NCBI GenBank assembly: GCA_003504275.1
Contig: DOAO01000014.1
Location: 8,889-72,888, forward strand
Origin: Patescibacteria group bacterium
GTDB lineage: Bacteria > Patescibacteriota > Minisyncoccia > Phycocordibacterales > UBA12445
DNA: 64,000 bases
Direction of reading: 5' to 3'
A program made the position numbers and the translations under genes. Positions within the stretch are counted from its first letter, which is position 1; each line of letters begins with the position of its first letter. The notes under the pieces are model-generated. The model was not told the DNA's origin, did no database searches, and saw nothing but the letters and a program-made list of their open reading frames with translations. Shown here piece after piece: positions 28,972-38,414 of the stretch.

Positions 28972-30165
28972 GTGATGGAAAATAAAGAAAAAATTAATCA
29001 ATTATTAACACGCGGGGTGGAAAATATATATCCCTCGGTTGATTTTTTAAAGGCTAAGTTAGAAAGGGGAGAGAAACCGGTTATTTATCTAGGTATTGAT
29101 CCGACGGGGCCGACACTCCACCTGGGACATGCTATAGCTTTAAAGAAGCTAGGCGAATTTCAAGCTCTTGGATGTAAAATAATTCTTCTTATTGGTGATT
29201 TTACTGCAATGATAGGCGATCCGACAGACAAGAAAGCGACAAGAAAACAACTAACTCGCGAAGAGGTTTTAAATAACTGTAAATTATACAAAAAACAAGC
29301 ATCAGTTTTTTTGAATTTTAAAGGAAGCAATCCTGCCGAACTTAAATATAATTCAAAATGGCTCGCAAAAATGAATTTTGAAGAAGTGCTTAGTTTGGCC
29401 TCAAAGATGACAGTAAGCCAGATGCTAGAACGAGATATGTTCGAAAATAGGATGAAAGAGGGGAGGCCGATATTCCTTCATGAATTTATGTATCCTCTTA
29501 TGCAGGGATATGACAGCGTTGCTATGGATGTTGATGGCGAATTGTGCGGAAACGATCAGACTTTCAATGCTCTTGTGGGAAGGAATTTGATGAAAGAGCT
29601 TAAGAATAAGGAAAAATTTGTAATTACGATGAAGCTTTTGACTGACAATGCCGGTACAAAGATGGGAAAGACTGAGGGCAATATGTTGGCACTCATAGAT
29701 GATTCGAATATGATGTTTGGAAAAGTGATGAGCTGGGAAGATTCTTTGATGTGGAATGCTTTTTTGCTTTGTACGAATGTTAGCGAACAAGAAATTGAAA
29801 AGATGAAAGAGGAGATTGTCGGTGGTAAAAATCCGAGAGATATAAAGATGAGGTTGGCTTATGAAATTGTGAGAATTTATTACGGCGACGATAAGGCTGA
29901 AAAGGCTGCAAAAGATTTTGTTAATACTTTTCAAAAAAAAGAAATACCGGATGAGATAGAGGAGGTTAATGTGACGGTAGGGGAAATGCTCGTTGATATT
30001 TTGAGCGCAAAAGAGCTAGTAAAGTCAAAGTCTGATTTTAGAAGACTTGTCGAAGAGGGGGCGGTGTCTATTGATGGAGAAAAGATTTCTGATTTTCAGA
30101 TAAAAATAGAAAAAATTCCGGTTGTTATAAAAATTGGTAAAAAGAGATTTATTAAGCTTGTTTAA
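28972..30165 (+). CDS. tyrS: tyrosine--tRNA ligase
   Basis: HIGH-type motif HLGH, KMSKS-type motif KMGKT, C-terminal S4 domain. Confidence 0.9.
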   Translation: MMENKEKINQLLTRGVENIYPSVDFLKAKLERGEKPVIYLGIDPTGPTLHLGHAIALKKLGEFQALGCKIILLIGDFTAMIGDPTDKKATRKQLTREEVLNNCKLYKKQASVFLNFKGSNPAELKYNSKWLAKMNFEEVLSLASKMTVSQMLERDMFENRMKEGRPIFLHEFMYPLMQGYDSVAMDVDGELCGNDQTFNALVGRNLMKELKNKEKFVITMKLLTDNAGTKMGKTEGNMLALIDDSNMMFGKVMSWEDSLMWNAFLLCTNVSEQEIEKMKEEIVGGKNPRDIKMRLAYEIVRIYYGDDKAEKAAKDFVNTFQKKEIPDEIEEVNVTVGEMLVDILSAKELVKSKSDFRRLVEEGAVSIDGEKISDFQIKIEKIPVVIKIGKKRFIKLV

Positions 30166-30174
30166 GCTACTAAA

Positions 30175-30792
30175 ATGGCTAAATCATTTGAGGGAGGAGG
30201 AAGTGGATATACAGGAGGAGTTCTCGAATGGGAGCTTTTTGGAGATGTTAACAAAATGAAAGTTGAAGAAGCTGTGGAGGAAATGAATCTCACCATTAAA
30301 GAAAAGGAAGAATTTAAAAATAATGGCTATCTTACATATGATAGGTCCATTGAATTAGCTAAAAAAATTCAAAAACAGGAAGGAGGATCTAGCCCCTCTG
30401 ATCCAAAGAATAAGTTTGCAAACGATCTTCATGCTACTTTGGCTGAAAAATTAGACCTTGAAGATATGGAAGACCTTAATTTTTACAGTGCGCTAAAAAC
30501 CCCATTGGATATAAAACATGGCATTGATTCTTTTTTTGAAATAAATTATGAAGTTGAAAAGGATGATAAGAAAGAAGAAAAGTCTGCTTTAGTAACTCTT
30601 GATGTAACAATGAGGGGAGAGCTATCAAAGAATCAAAAGGCAAATGTAATAATAAGAATGCAAGGTGGTGCACCTGATCCTGATGAGGCTGACTATGAAC
30701 AAAAACTTGAACAAATTGCTGAAGCAATAAAAAAAGCTTTTGAAAACATAAAAAATGGTAATAAATTTTTTAAAACCGATGTTACTGTTTAG
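30175..30792 (+). CDS. hypothetical acidic protein
   Basis: 205-aa ORF 10 bp after tyrS. Confidence 0.4.
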   Translation: MAKSFEGGGSGYTGGVLEWELFGDVNKMKVEEAVEEMNLTIKEKEEFKNNGYLTYDRSIELAKKIQKQEGGSSPSDPKNKFANDLHATLAEKLDLEDMEDLNFYSALKTPLDIKHGIDSFFEINYEVEKDDKKEEKSALVTLDVTMRGELSKNQKANVIIRMQGGAPDPDEADYEQKLEQIAEAIKKAFENIKNGNKFFKTDVTV

Positions 30793-30820
30793 GTTAGGTG
30801 TTGATTATAAAATTTTTTAG

Positions 30821-30859
30821 CAACAAAAAACGCTCTAAAAATTAGAGCGTTTTTTGTTG
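30821..30859. terminator. bidirectional intrinsic terminator
   Basis: caacaaaaaacgctctaa-aaat-tagagcgttttttgttg extended palindrome with A-run and T-run. Confidence 0.7.
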
Positions 30860-30867
30860 CTAATCTT

Positions 30868-31053
30868 TTATATACCGTCACTCCCAACCCCAAGGTCTAG
30901 TCCAAGCACGGCTTCTGGATTGAAATCGTCATCGCTTCCGACAATCCCATCGAGGGCGTCTTCGCTAAGAGCGGTATCCATATCCTCATCAAAGCTTTCG
31001 TAAATTTCTGTGGACTCACCTTCTTCTTTTTGTGGTTTTTTTAGTTTAGGCAT
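30868..31053 (-). CDS. small acidic hypothetical protein
   Basis: 61-aa ORF upstream of ruvC. Confidence 0.3.
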   Translation of the reverse strand: MPKLKKPQKEEGESTEIYESFDEDMDTALSEDALDGIVGSDDDFNPEAVLGLDLGVGSDGI

Positions 31054-31151
31054 TTCTTTTATGCTAAAACTCTATAAAAACTTATAATCTTCTACTATAT
31101 AACAGTTAGATAAACATTATTAGCAAAGTCTGAATTATTTTGCAAGGATTT

Positions 31152-31688
31152 TTATTTGCCCACCGTTTGCCTTTCTATAGCAAGACAGGTTATCGCTACC
31201 GCACAGGCATCAAACTCATCATCCTCCATCTTTTTTTTCTCCCCCTTACTGAAGTTTTTGATAAGCAAAGGGACCATTTTTGAAACTTGATTTTTATCTG
31301 CTTTACCGTATCCCACAATGGCCATCTTTACTTGAAGCGGTGTATATTCATGGGTGTTCAGTCCGTTATTTTTGGCTATATATGTGGCTACGCCCTTTAT
31401 TTCAGATACTCCCATAGCTGTTTTCTGGTTTGTTGTAAAAAAAAGTTTTTCAATTGCCAGTGTATCTGGTTTATATTTTTTAATAATTCTATCAAACTCA
31501 GAACCTATTATGAACATTCTTTCAGAGAGGGGGAGTTTGGCTGAAGATCTTAGACAGTCGGAAAAAATTAGTTCATCAAAACCACCCCTTTTTTCTAGGA
31601 TGGCGACACCGAATTTATCATAGCCTGGGTCGACACCGATTACTTTCATAAAAGATGATTTAAGATTAATTCTTTGATTTTTCGTCAT
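31152..31688 (-). CDS. ruvC: crossover junction endodeoxyribonuclease RuvC
   Basis: N-terminal VIGVDPGYDKFGVAIL RNase H-fold motif. Confidence 0.8.
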   Translation of the reverse strand: MTKNQRINLKSSFMKVIGVDPGYDKFGVAILEKRGGFDELIFSDCLRSSAKLPLSERMFIIGSEFDRIIKKYKPDTLAIEKLFFTTNQKTAMGVSEIKGVATYIAKNNGLNTHEYTPLQVKMAIVGYGKADKNQVSKMVPLLIKNFSKGEKKKMEDDEFDACAVAITCLAIERQTVGK

Positions 31689-31772
31689 TGCGAGAGTAAC
31701 AATAACGAGAGGGATTGCTTCGTTCCACCGTCTACGGGTGTCGACGTTAATCTCCGTCGACCTCGCAATGAT
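31684..31772. repeat. palindromic element with GTCATTGCGAG TIRs carrying module C
   Basis: gtcattgcgagagtaac...ccgtctacgggtgtcgacgttaatctccgtcgacctcgcaatgatgac. Confidence 0.7.
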
Positions 31773-31786
31773 GACCCATCTCCTAT

Positions 31787-32326
31787 TTATCCTAAATTGG
31801 AAACGTTGGTGTATATGTTCTCCACATCCTCATGATTGTCTATTTTTTCTAGGAGTTTTTCTAGCGCCACTTTATCGGTCTCGCTTACTTCCATAGGCAT
31901 CTTGGCTACCCATTCTCCTTCAACTTTATCGAACGCCCAAATAACTGAGCCCTCTGCTCCGAATGTTCCTCCTGCATCTGATATTATGTGTTTCATCTCT
32001 GGGCTCATCCTGTTTTTATTATCAGTGATGCCTTCTACAATTATTGCAGCTCCGCCTGGACCATATGCTTCGTATCTGACTTCTGTCATTTCAGCTCCTC
32101 CTACACCTGTACCCTTGGCCACGGCTCCATCTATCTTGTCGTTTGGCATATTTGCCTCCCTTGCTTTTTCAATAGCTTTTCTAAGGGAAGGATTGTTTTT
32201 GTCTCCCTTTGCGAGTTTGGATTCAACTGTTATTTTTTTTGAGAGCATCGCGAAGACCTTGCTCTTTTTTGCATCATCCGCACCTTTTTGATTCTTTATT
32301 TTTGACCACTTATTGTGTCCTGACAT
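31787..32326 (-). CDS. yebC: YebC/PmpR-family protein (shortened)
   Basis: N-terminal MSGHNKWSKIK, GAVAKGTG, YEAYGPGGAAIIVE; 179 aa versus the usual ~240. Confidence 0.75.
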   Translation of the reverse strand: MSGHNKWSKIKNQKGADDAKKSKVFAMLSKKITVESKLAKGDKNNPSLRKAIEKAREANMPNDKIDGAVAKGTGVGGAEMTEVRYEAYGPGGAAIIVEGITDNKNRMSPEMKHIISDAGGTFGAEGSVIWAFDKVEGEWVAKMPMEVSETDKVALEKLLEKIDNHEDVENIYTNVSNLG

Positions 32327-32524
32327 ACGAAGTAAATTTAAAATTTAAAAATAAAAATGCAAAATTGAAGTTTAAAATTCAAAAATTGCAAAATAACCAT
32401 TAATAATCTTATATACCCACTATATGAGATTAAAAAAGTGTTGTAAAGCGTGGCTTGGAATTGAATGGATGAAAATAATCAATAATAAAAAAACCAACAC
32501 ACTTTGTGTTGGTTGTTCTTGTTT

Positions 32525-33043
32525 CTATTTTTCGGCCTCTTTTAAAAGGCAGTTAGATAAAATTTCTACCAATCCTTCTTCGTGCTCGGTTTTATCCTTA
32601 AGTCTTTTTGGAGAAAATCTTAAAGGGACCACCTTAGGAAGTTCAAATCTGCATGTTAGGGGTTGTTCTTTGTCGGCTTCTAATAGATGTAGAGCTTTTA
32701 TATTGTTACGTGGTCGCCTGATTGCTTCTTGCAAATCTTTAAAAGATTCATATTCCGTAGTTTTATAAAGAAAAAGCCTTATTCTTTTTGGTTCTCTACC
32801 GCAACCTCTTCCCGACACTGTTCGGTATCCTAAAGCGAAATAGGCGACTATTTTATTGTTTTTTATTATTCGGATAGATTTATTTATTTCATATCCGCAA
32901 ATACAAGATTCATTACAATCGCTACACCTATCGTACCCAACGTAATAATTAGTTCCAGATACCATTAAGCCACCGGCTTTTTGATGAATTCTTTCAAAAG
33001 TTTTTTCAACCAATTCAACTGATTTAAGTATTTTTCCGCTCAT
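32525..33043 (-). CDS. Cys-rich hypothetical protein (metal-cluster-like)
   Basis: CSDCNESCICG cysteine cluster. Confidence 0.35.
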   Translation of the reverse strand: MSGKILKSVELVEKTFERIHQKAGGLMVSGTNYYVGYDRCSDCNESCICGYEINKSIRIIKNNKIVAYFALGYRTVSGRGCGREPKRIRLFLYKTTEYESFKDLQEAIRRPRNNIKALHLLEADKEQPLTCRFELPKVVPLRFSPKRLKDKTEHEEGLVEILSNCLLKEAEK

Positions 33044-33495
33044 TCAAATCCCTCCTTGTTTTTATTTTATTTAAGATTTGGCAAACAAACAAGAGCAAAT
33101 ATAAAAGCACGGTAAGAAGGCTAGAATCATGAGAAAGATTCCTAGCAGGGAGAATGGGTCTATGTCCTTTGGTTCTGAAAAATAACCTGCTGAGTATTGA
33201 TATGGTAAATTTAAGTCCTTAGGTCGATGGTCAATCTTTTTTGGATTTGGAATCATAAGCTCCCTCCTTTTTTTACCCTCCTAAATTTTTTACCAAACAA
33301 ACTGTAATCATGGGACATATTATTACGTCATTTAATTACATTTATCCGTGACTTATTTTATATCCGAAAATTTTGGCGGGTTAATTTTACCCCATCAAGT
33401 AAAATTTTGATTGCTTAATCAAAATTTAGAATTTTTAAAAAATTCTTACTTGACGGGGTGAATTTTCAAACAACTTATTGGGTACAAGTAAAGCA

Positions 33496-33534
33496 CAAAA
33501 AAGGTTGATGGTCAATAATTTTGACCATCAACCT
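33496..33534 (-). terminator. intrinsic terminator downstream of ruvB
   Basis: 14-bp perfect stem aggttgatggtcaa/ttgaccatcaacct followed by a T-run on the minus strand. Confidence 0.7.
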
Positions 33535-33552
33535 TTGATTTATAACCATAGA

Positions 33553-34584
33553 TTAAAACAATTTATCTTTCGGTATCTCAATATTCAGGTGTTCGTAAGC
33601 TTTTGGTGTTGCCGATCTGCCTCTTGGGGTTCTTTCTAGGAAGCCGAGCTGTATGAGATAAGGCTCATTGACCTCTTCTATCGTGTCCATTTCTTCTGAA
33701 ATAGCAGCTCCGATTGTACCAAGACCGACGGGTCCACCACCGAATTTATTTATTATTGTCTCGATTATCTTTCTGTCTATTATTGTTAGTCCCGCGTGAT
33801 CAATGCCGAGGAGCTCGAGCGCTTCTCCCACAGTCTCTTTGTTTAGATCTTGCTGTTTGACCTGAGCATAGTCGCGACACCTCTTCAGGAGATGGTTTGC
33901 GATTCTTGGAGTAAATCGACTTCTTCTGGAAATTTCTTTTGCCGCTTCTTCTTCCAAAGAGACGCCGAGAATTTTTGATGATCTGTTTATAATTCTTTCT
34001 ATTTCTTCGTCAGTGTAAAATTCTAAACGGAAAGTTCCTCCCGAGAAACGTGAGCGCAGGGGAGAGGAGAGGAGCGCTATTTTGGTAGTAGCAGCGATCA
34101 TGGTAAACGGAGGAAGCTCGAGTTGTATTGTTCTTGCTGATGGACCCTTGCCGATAATAATATTTAACATTCCAGATTCCATTGCAGGATAAAGTACCTC
34201 TTCAATGAGTTTATTCAGTCTGTGTATTTCGTCTATAAATAAGATATCTCCTGCAGAAAGATTTGTGAGAAGTGACGCAAGGTCGCCAACTTTTTCAATC
34301 GCAGGTCCCGATGTTATTTTTATTTGAGAATTGTTTTCTTTGGAAATAAGGTGGGCGAGTGTAGTCTTTCCGAGCCCTGGCGGACCATAAAAAAGGAGGT
34401 GCTCAGGAGGCTGTTGTCTCTCTTTTGCGGCACCCAATAATATCTTTAAATTCTCTTTAATTTTCTCTTGCCCGACGTAGTCATCCCATCGGTCCGGACG
34501 GAGTGTTTTATCAAGAAAAACCTCGCTTTTTTGCGAGGAAGTATCCTCAAGTTCCATCTCGTTTTCCAGGGGAGTGCTTGACAT
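33553..34584 (-). CDS. ruvB: Holliday junction branch migration ATPase RuvB
   Basis: Walker A GPPGLGKTT, AAA+ core, C-terminal winged helix. Confidence 0.9.
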   Translation of the reverse strand: MSSTPLENEMELEDTSSQKSEVFLDKTLRPDRWDDYVGQEKIKENLKILLGAAKERQQPPEHLLFYGPPGLGKTTLAHLISKENNSQIKITSGPAIEKVGDLASLLTNLSAGDILFIDEIHRLNKLIEEVLYPAMESGMLNIIIGKGPSARTIQLELPPFTMIAATTKIALLSSPLRSRFSGGTFRLEFYTDEEIERIINRSSKILGVSLEEEAAKEISRRSRFTPRIANHLLKRCRDYAQVKQQDLNKETVGEALELLGIDHAGLTIIDRKIIETIINKFGGGPVGLGTIGAAISEEMDTIEEVNEPYLIQLGFLERTPRGRSATPKAYEHLNIEIPKDKLF

Positions 34585-34961
34585 TTTTTTTCTTTTATGC
34601 TAACCTTGTTTTCATCCGACGATATTTGTTTACAAAGACAGTCTTACGTGTTATCAATTGTCTTTGGCAATAATAATATAATTTATTTATTTTTGCCTTG
34701 TTTGTTGATAAATCTATTCGGATAAAGATAGAGAATTTGGCTCTCTAAGCAATAAAACTTACGGGTTTAAATGGTTTTTTACGGAGGACGCTCTGGTCTT
34801 CACCTTAGAGTGAAATCGCTGGAACTATCCTACAAAAAAATCTAACTTTTGATGCATCATCAAAAGAATTGCTTAGAGAATCAAATGCTCTATACATAAC
34901 TGCTTAGTTTACACTGGGCAGTTATTTTTTTATTTTCCTTTTAAAGAACTAAACCCTCTCC

Positions 34962-35050
34962 GTCATTGCGAGATTTAAAAATTTTGGAAGCTCAACCTCC
35001 TAAAAAAGAGGTTGAGCTTCTTTTTTAAAATTTTCAAATCTCGCAATGAC
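34962..35050. repeat. 89-bp palindromic element (copy A3, inner hairpin flipped)
   Basis: gtcattgcgagatttaaaaattttggaagctcaacctcc...ctcgcaatgac. Confidence 0.8.
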
Positions 35051-35062
35051 GAAACACTCCTT

Positions 35063-36760
35063 TTAATACTCTTCCTCTGCCATCTTCAACTCAACAACTC
35101 TTTCCAGCTCTTCAATCGATGTCATTCCTTGTAAAACTTTCAGTATTCCGTGCTCCCTCATATCTAATATCCCTTGTTTGTTTGATGCGATCTTAATATC
35201 TCTGGCGTTTACTTGATCTGTAATAACCCTACTTACATCCGCATCAACAATTATTGCTTCAAAAACTCCCGTTCTTCCTTTATAACCGACACCATTACAT
35301 ACTTCACACCCTTCTCCAGCGACCCATACTTGCTTTCCATCCGGGACAACAATATCTGGTCTCTTTTCTTTAATTAATTTTGAAACTAATTCAATCATTT
35401 TTGCATCCTCTTCCTTTGGTAAAGCCTGTTTCTTACAGGTGTCGCACAGTTTCCTGACAAGTCTTTGGGCAATAGTTAAAGTAAGGGCTGAGCTTATAAT
35501 CTTCGGATTAACCCCAAGGTCTACAAGTCTTGGGATAGCACCAGCGGCGTCATTGGTGTGCAGGGTGGAGAAGACGAGGTGTCCTGTAAGAGCAGAATTG
35601 ATGGCAATCTTGGCTGTTTCTGTATCTCGGATTTCTCCGACCATTATAATATCCGGGTCTTGTCTAAGAGCCGATCTGAGTCCCTCTAGGAATGTATAAC
35701 CAGCATCTTCGTTGACCTGTGTCTGAGAAAGCCCTTTCATGTGATACTCAACAGGGTCTTCTATAGTGATTATCTTTGTTTCGGAATCATTTACTTTTCT
35801 AAGGAAGGCATAAAGAGTGGTTGTTTTACCGGAGCCTGTCGGACCTGTCGTAAGAATTAGGCCGTTTGGTTTTTTAATTTCATCTAAGAATATTTTGAGT
35901 AGTTTTTCCTCGATGCCCATATCTTCAAGATTTACGGAAATAGAATTCGGATCAAGTAATCTCATAACTATCGTTTCTCCATAAACACCCGGAAGAACTG
36001 ATGTTCTAACTTCTATATCTCTATCTTTTGCTGATATCGTAAATCTTCCATCCTGAGAACTCTTTTTTACGTTAAGTTTAAGGGCGGAAATGAGTTTGAT
36101 TCTTGAGACGATGAGCTTATAGATATGATGATCAAAGAAATCTATATCATGAAGCATACCGTCTAGTCGGTATCTTAATCTTACAAATTCTTCTTGAGGT
36201 TCAAGATGGATGTCTGAAGCCTTTGTTGCAAGTGCTCCAGCGATAACGATTTCTAATATTCTTGAAACACCCTGACTTTTGTTTCCTGTTGTTAGTTCTT
36301 TTATTTGGTCTTTAACGTCTCCAACGGTCTTTGTTTTTAAAATTACAGATGCTAAGAGTTCTGGTGATATGTCTACAAGTCCGGCTTTAGTCTCTGCCGC
36401 TAGTGATATCTCTTTGTATCGTCCCCAGGCCCTCTCAAGACTTACCTGTGAGCCCATAAATAGTGTAGGAATATATCCCCGATTCTTAAGGTCGTTCAAA
36501 ACTTCATTTAGGGTTGGGTTATTTGGAGAAAAGATTATGACGCTAATTTTTTTTCCGGTCATTTGGAATCCTGCTATTTGCGCATCCCTGGCCACTTTTT
36601 CTTCAATAAGTCTTAAGGCGTCAGTGTTTATTGAAATGGTACTGAGATCTACATAAGGAATACCGTATTTTCCCGACAATATCTGCGCGAGGTCTTCCGC
36701 CTCTCGGATTTTAGTTTCTTCTAGTTTTTTTAAGCTTTGTGTGTCGTCAAAAATTGGCAT
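35063..36760 (-). CDS. pilB: type IV pilus / type II secretion assembly ATPase PilB/GspE family
   Basis: Walker A GPTGSGKTTT, tetracysteine CDTC...CEVC motif. Confidence 0.8.
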   Translation of the reverse strand: MPIFDDTQSLKKLEETKIREAEDLAQILSGKYGIPYVDLSTISINTDALRLIEEKVARDAQIAGFQMTGKKISVIIFSPNNPTLNEVLNDLKNRGYIPTLFMGSQVSLERAWGRYKEISLAAETKAGLVDISPELLASVILKTKTVGDVKDQIKELTTGNKSQGVSRILEIVIAGALATKASDIHLEPQEEFVRLRYRLDGMLHDIDFFDHHIYKLIVSRIKLISALKLNVKKSSQDGRFTISAKDRDIEVRTSVLPGVYGETIVMRLLDPNSISVNLEDMGIEEKLLKIFLDEIKKPNGLILTTGPTGSGKTTTLYAFLRKVNDSETKIITIEDPVEYHMKGLSQTQVNEDAGYTFLEGLRSALRQDPDIIMVGEIRDTETAKIAINSALTGHLVFSTLHTNDAAGAIPRLVDLGVNPKIISSALTLTIAQRLVRKLCDTCKKQALPKEEDAKMIELVSKLIKEKRPDIVVPDGKQVWVAGEGCEVCNGVGYKGRTGVFEAIIVDADVSRVITDQVNARDIKIASNKQGILDMREHGILKVLQGMTSIEELERVVELKMAEEEY

Positions 36761-36894
36761 TTGTTTGTTCTTATATGCTTATTCTACTTTTTTTCTTTTT
36801 ATAGACAAACTTTTTATCAACAGGATATGTTTTTTAATTTTGCGCAAATTCACCCTGTTATGTAAAATTTTAAATTATTTGTTAATATTTTCTA

Positions 36895-37152
36895 ATGTTT
36901 CACTATATTTATGTTTTAAAATCGAGGAAAGATGGTAAGAAATATGTTGGTTATACAAATAATTTAAAGTTTAGATTTGAGCAACATCAGAAGGGAAAAG
37001 TTGAATCAACGAGAAATAGGGGACCCTTTGAATTAATTTATTCCGAAGCATGTCTTAATCAACAGGATGCAATAAGGCGTGAAAAATATTTAAAAACTAT
37101 TTATGGCAAGAGGTTTATCAAGAGTAGGCTCAAATCTTACTTAACAGGGTAA
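36895..37152 (+). CDS. GIY-YIG nuclease-family protein
   Basis: N-terminal YIYVL...GKKYVGYTNNL GIY-YIG motif. Confidence 0.6.
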   Translation: MFHYIYVLKSRKDGKKYVGYTNNLKFRFEQHQKGKVESTRNRGPFELIYSEACLNQQDAIRREKYLKTIYGKRFIKSRLKSYLTG

Positions 37153-37176
37153 AATTTTAGTGCTAATATCCTTTTT

Positions 37177-37632
37177 GTGAAGATAACAACAAAAAATTTA
37201 GAAGAAACGCATGATGTCGCAAAAGATTTTGTGGCTTCTTTGAATGCGATAATGAAGAATGACCAAATGCACGAAGGTGCTATCGTTATTGGCCTTTCTG
37301 GTGACCTTGGTTCGGGAAAAACATCATTTGTTCAGGGGGTCGCAAAACATTTCGATATAGATGACAAAATAATCAGTCCGACTTTTGTTATTCAGAAAAG
37401 ATATGAGATGAAGAATCATAAAAATTTTAAAAATCTGGTACACATAGATGCATATCGTTTGGAGAGGCCGGAAGAAATAATTCGCATTGGTTGGCACGAT
37501 CTTATCAAAGAGAAGGGGAATGTTATTTTTGTTGAATGGCCTGAGAAAATAGCCCCGCTTTTGCCTGAAGGTTCTAAAAAGATAGTTTTTGAATTTATTG
37601 ACCCTGAAACCAGAAAACTAGAGATTATTTAG
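37177..37632 (+). CDS. tsaE: tRNA threonylcarbamoyladenosine biosynthesis protein TsaE
   Basis: P-loop GLSGDLGSGKTSF typical of YjeE/TsaE; GTG start. Confidence 0.75.
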   Translation: MKITTKNLEETHDVAKDFVASLNAIMKNDQMHEGAIVIGLSGDLGSGKTSFVQGVAKHFDIDDKIISPTFVIQKRYEMKNHKNFKNLVHIDAYRLERPEEIIRIGWHDLIKEKGNVIFVEWPEKIAPLLPEGSKKIVFEFIDPETRKLEII

Positions 37633-37661
37633 AAAAAAGCCATATTTTACCACCTTTTGGG

Positions 37662-37700
37662 GATAAAACATTGATAAATACCTATATTTATCAATGTTTT
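37662..37700 (+). terminator. intrinsic terminator
   Basis: aaaacattgataaata...tatttatcaatgtttttt. Confidence 0.65.
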
Positions 37701-37715
37701 TTAACGTTTAGGGTT

Positions 37716-37744
37716 GACAAATAGGACGATTGGGTGTATAATGC
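37716..37744 (+). promoter_or_regulatory. sigma70-like promoter
   Basis: TTGACA-17nt-TATAAT consensus match, followed by RBS aaaggagg and ATG at 37807. Confidence 0.6.
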
Positions 37745-37806
37745 AAAGAGAAAGATTAACAAAGTTTTCAACAATGTTCTTTTAAAATGTAAAAGGAGGA
37801 GTTTAA

Positions 37807-38232
37807 ATGAAGAATTTTATTATCTCGGCTTTCATTGTAACTTTTTTGACTACTACGGCACTGTATCTTTCAAAGGTTTTATTAAACAATTCTTGTTTCA
37901 GTTACACCAGCCAGTTTGTACTCGGTTTTGTACAGATCGCTATCATGTCGGTATCTGTCAAATACTTTTTTGATTCAACTTTAAAAATTTTGGTTGCTAC
38001 CTCGGTCGCGCTGACCGCATATACCTTTTCCTTCAGTTTTGTTTATTTAAATACTCTCTGGTTGACAGTAGCGTTATTGCCAGCAATTATATCCCTGTTC
38101 CTTCTTGCTGACATAAGAGATAGTCTTGAGGTGGAAGAAAAAGAAAAAATGAAATACGTCAAACAGGCAGTCACGTTAATGCTCACAGAGTTCATTATTC
38201 TTTCTGTCGCAATAATTCATCTCGCAAAATAA
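37807..38232 (+). CDS. hypothetical 4-TM membrane protein
   Basis: 141 aa hydrophobic. Confidence 0.45.
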   Translation: MKNFIISAFIVTFLTTTALYLSKVLLNNSCFSYTSQFVLGFVQIAIMSVSVKYFFDSTLKILVATSVALTAYTFSFSFVYLNTLWLTVALLPAIISLFLLADIRDSLEVEEKEKMKYVKQAVTLMLTEFIILSVAIIHLAK

Positions 38233-38414
38233 ACTCCTTTTTAAATCGTTTAAGCCCTCGTTAATTCGGGGGTTTTTTAATGCTTTTTTGGACGTTCTAT
38301 GTCTAAAAATGGGAAAAGAAAACTTCATATTCTACTCTTTACAAAAAGACATAAACTCTCGGAGACTTCTAACTGGGTGTTTGAATTTTATAGTTTACAG
38401 TACATAATATACGG

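Noticed and set aside
29425-29934. 169-aa minus-strand ORF inside tyrS
   Set aside because: Antisense shadow ORF within a well-supported aminoacyl-tRNA synthetase gene.
31836-32291. 151-aa plus-strand ORF
   Set aside because: Antisense to yebC; Ala/Ser/Pro-rich composition typical of shadow ORFs.
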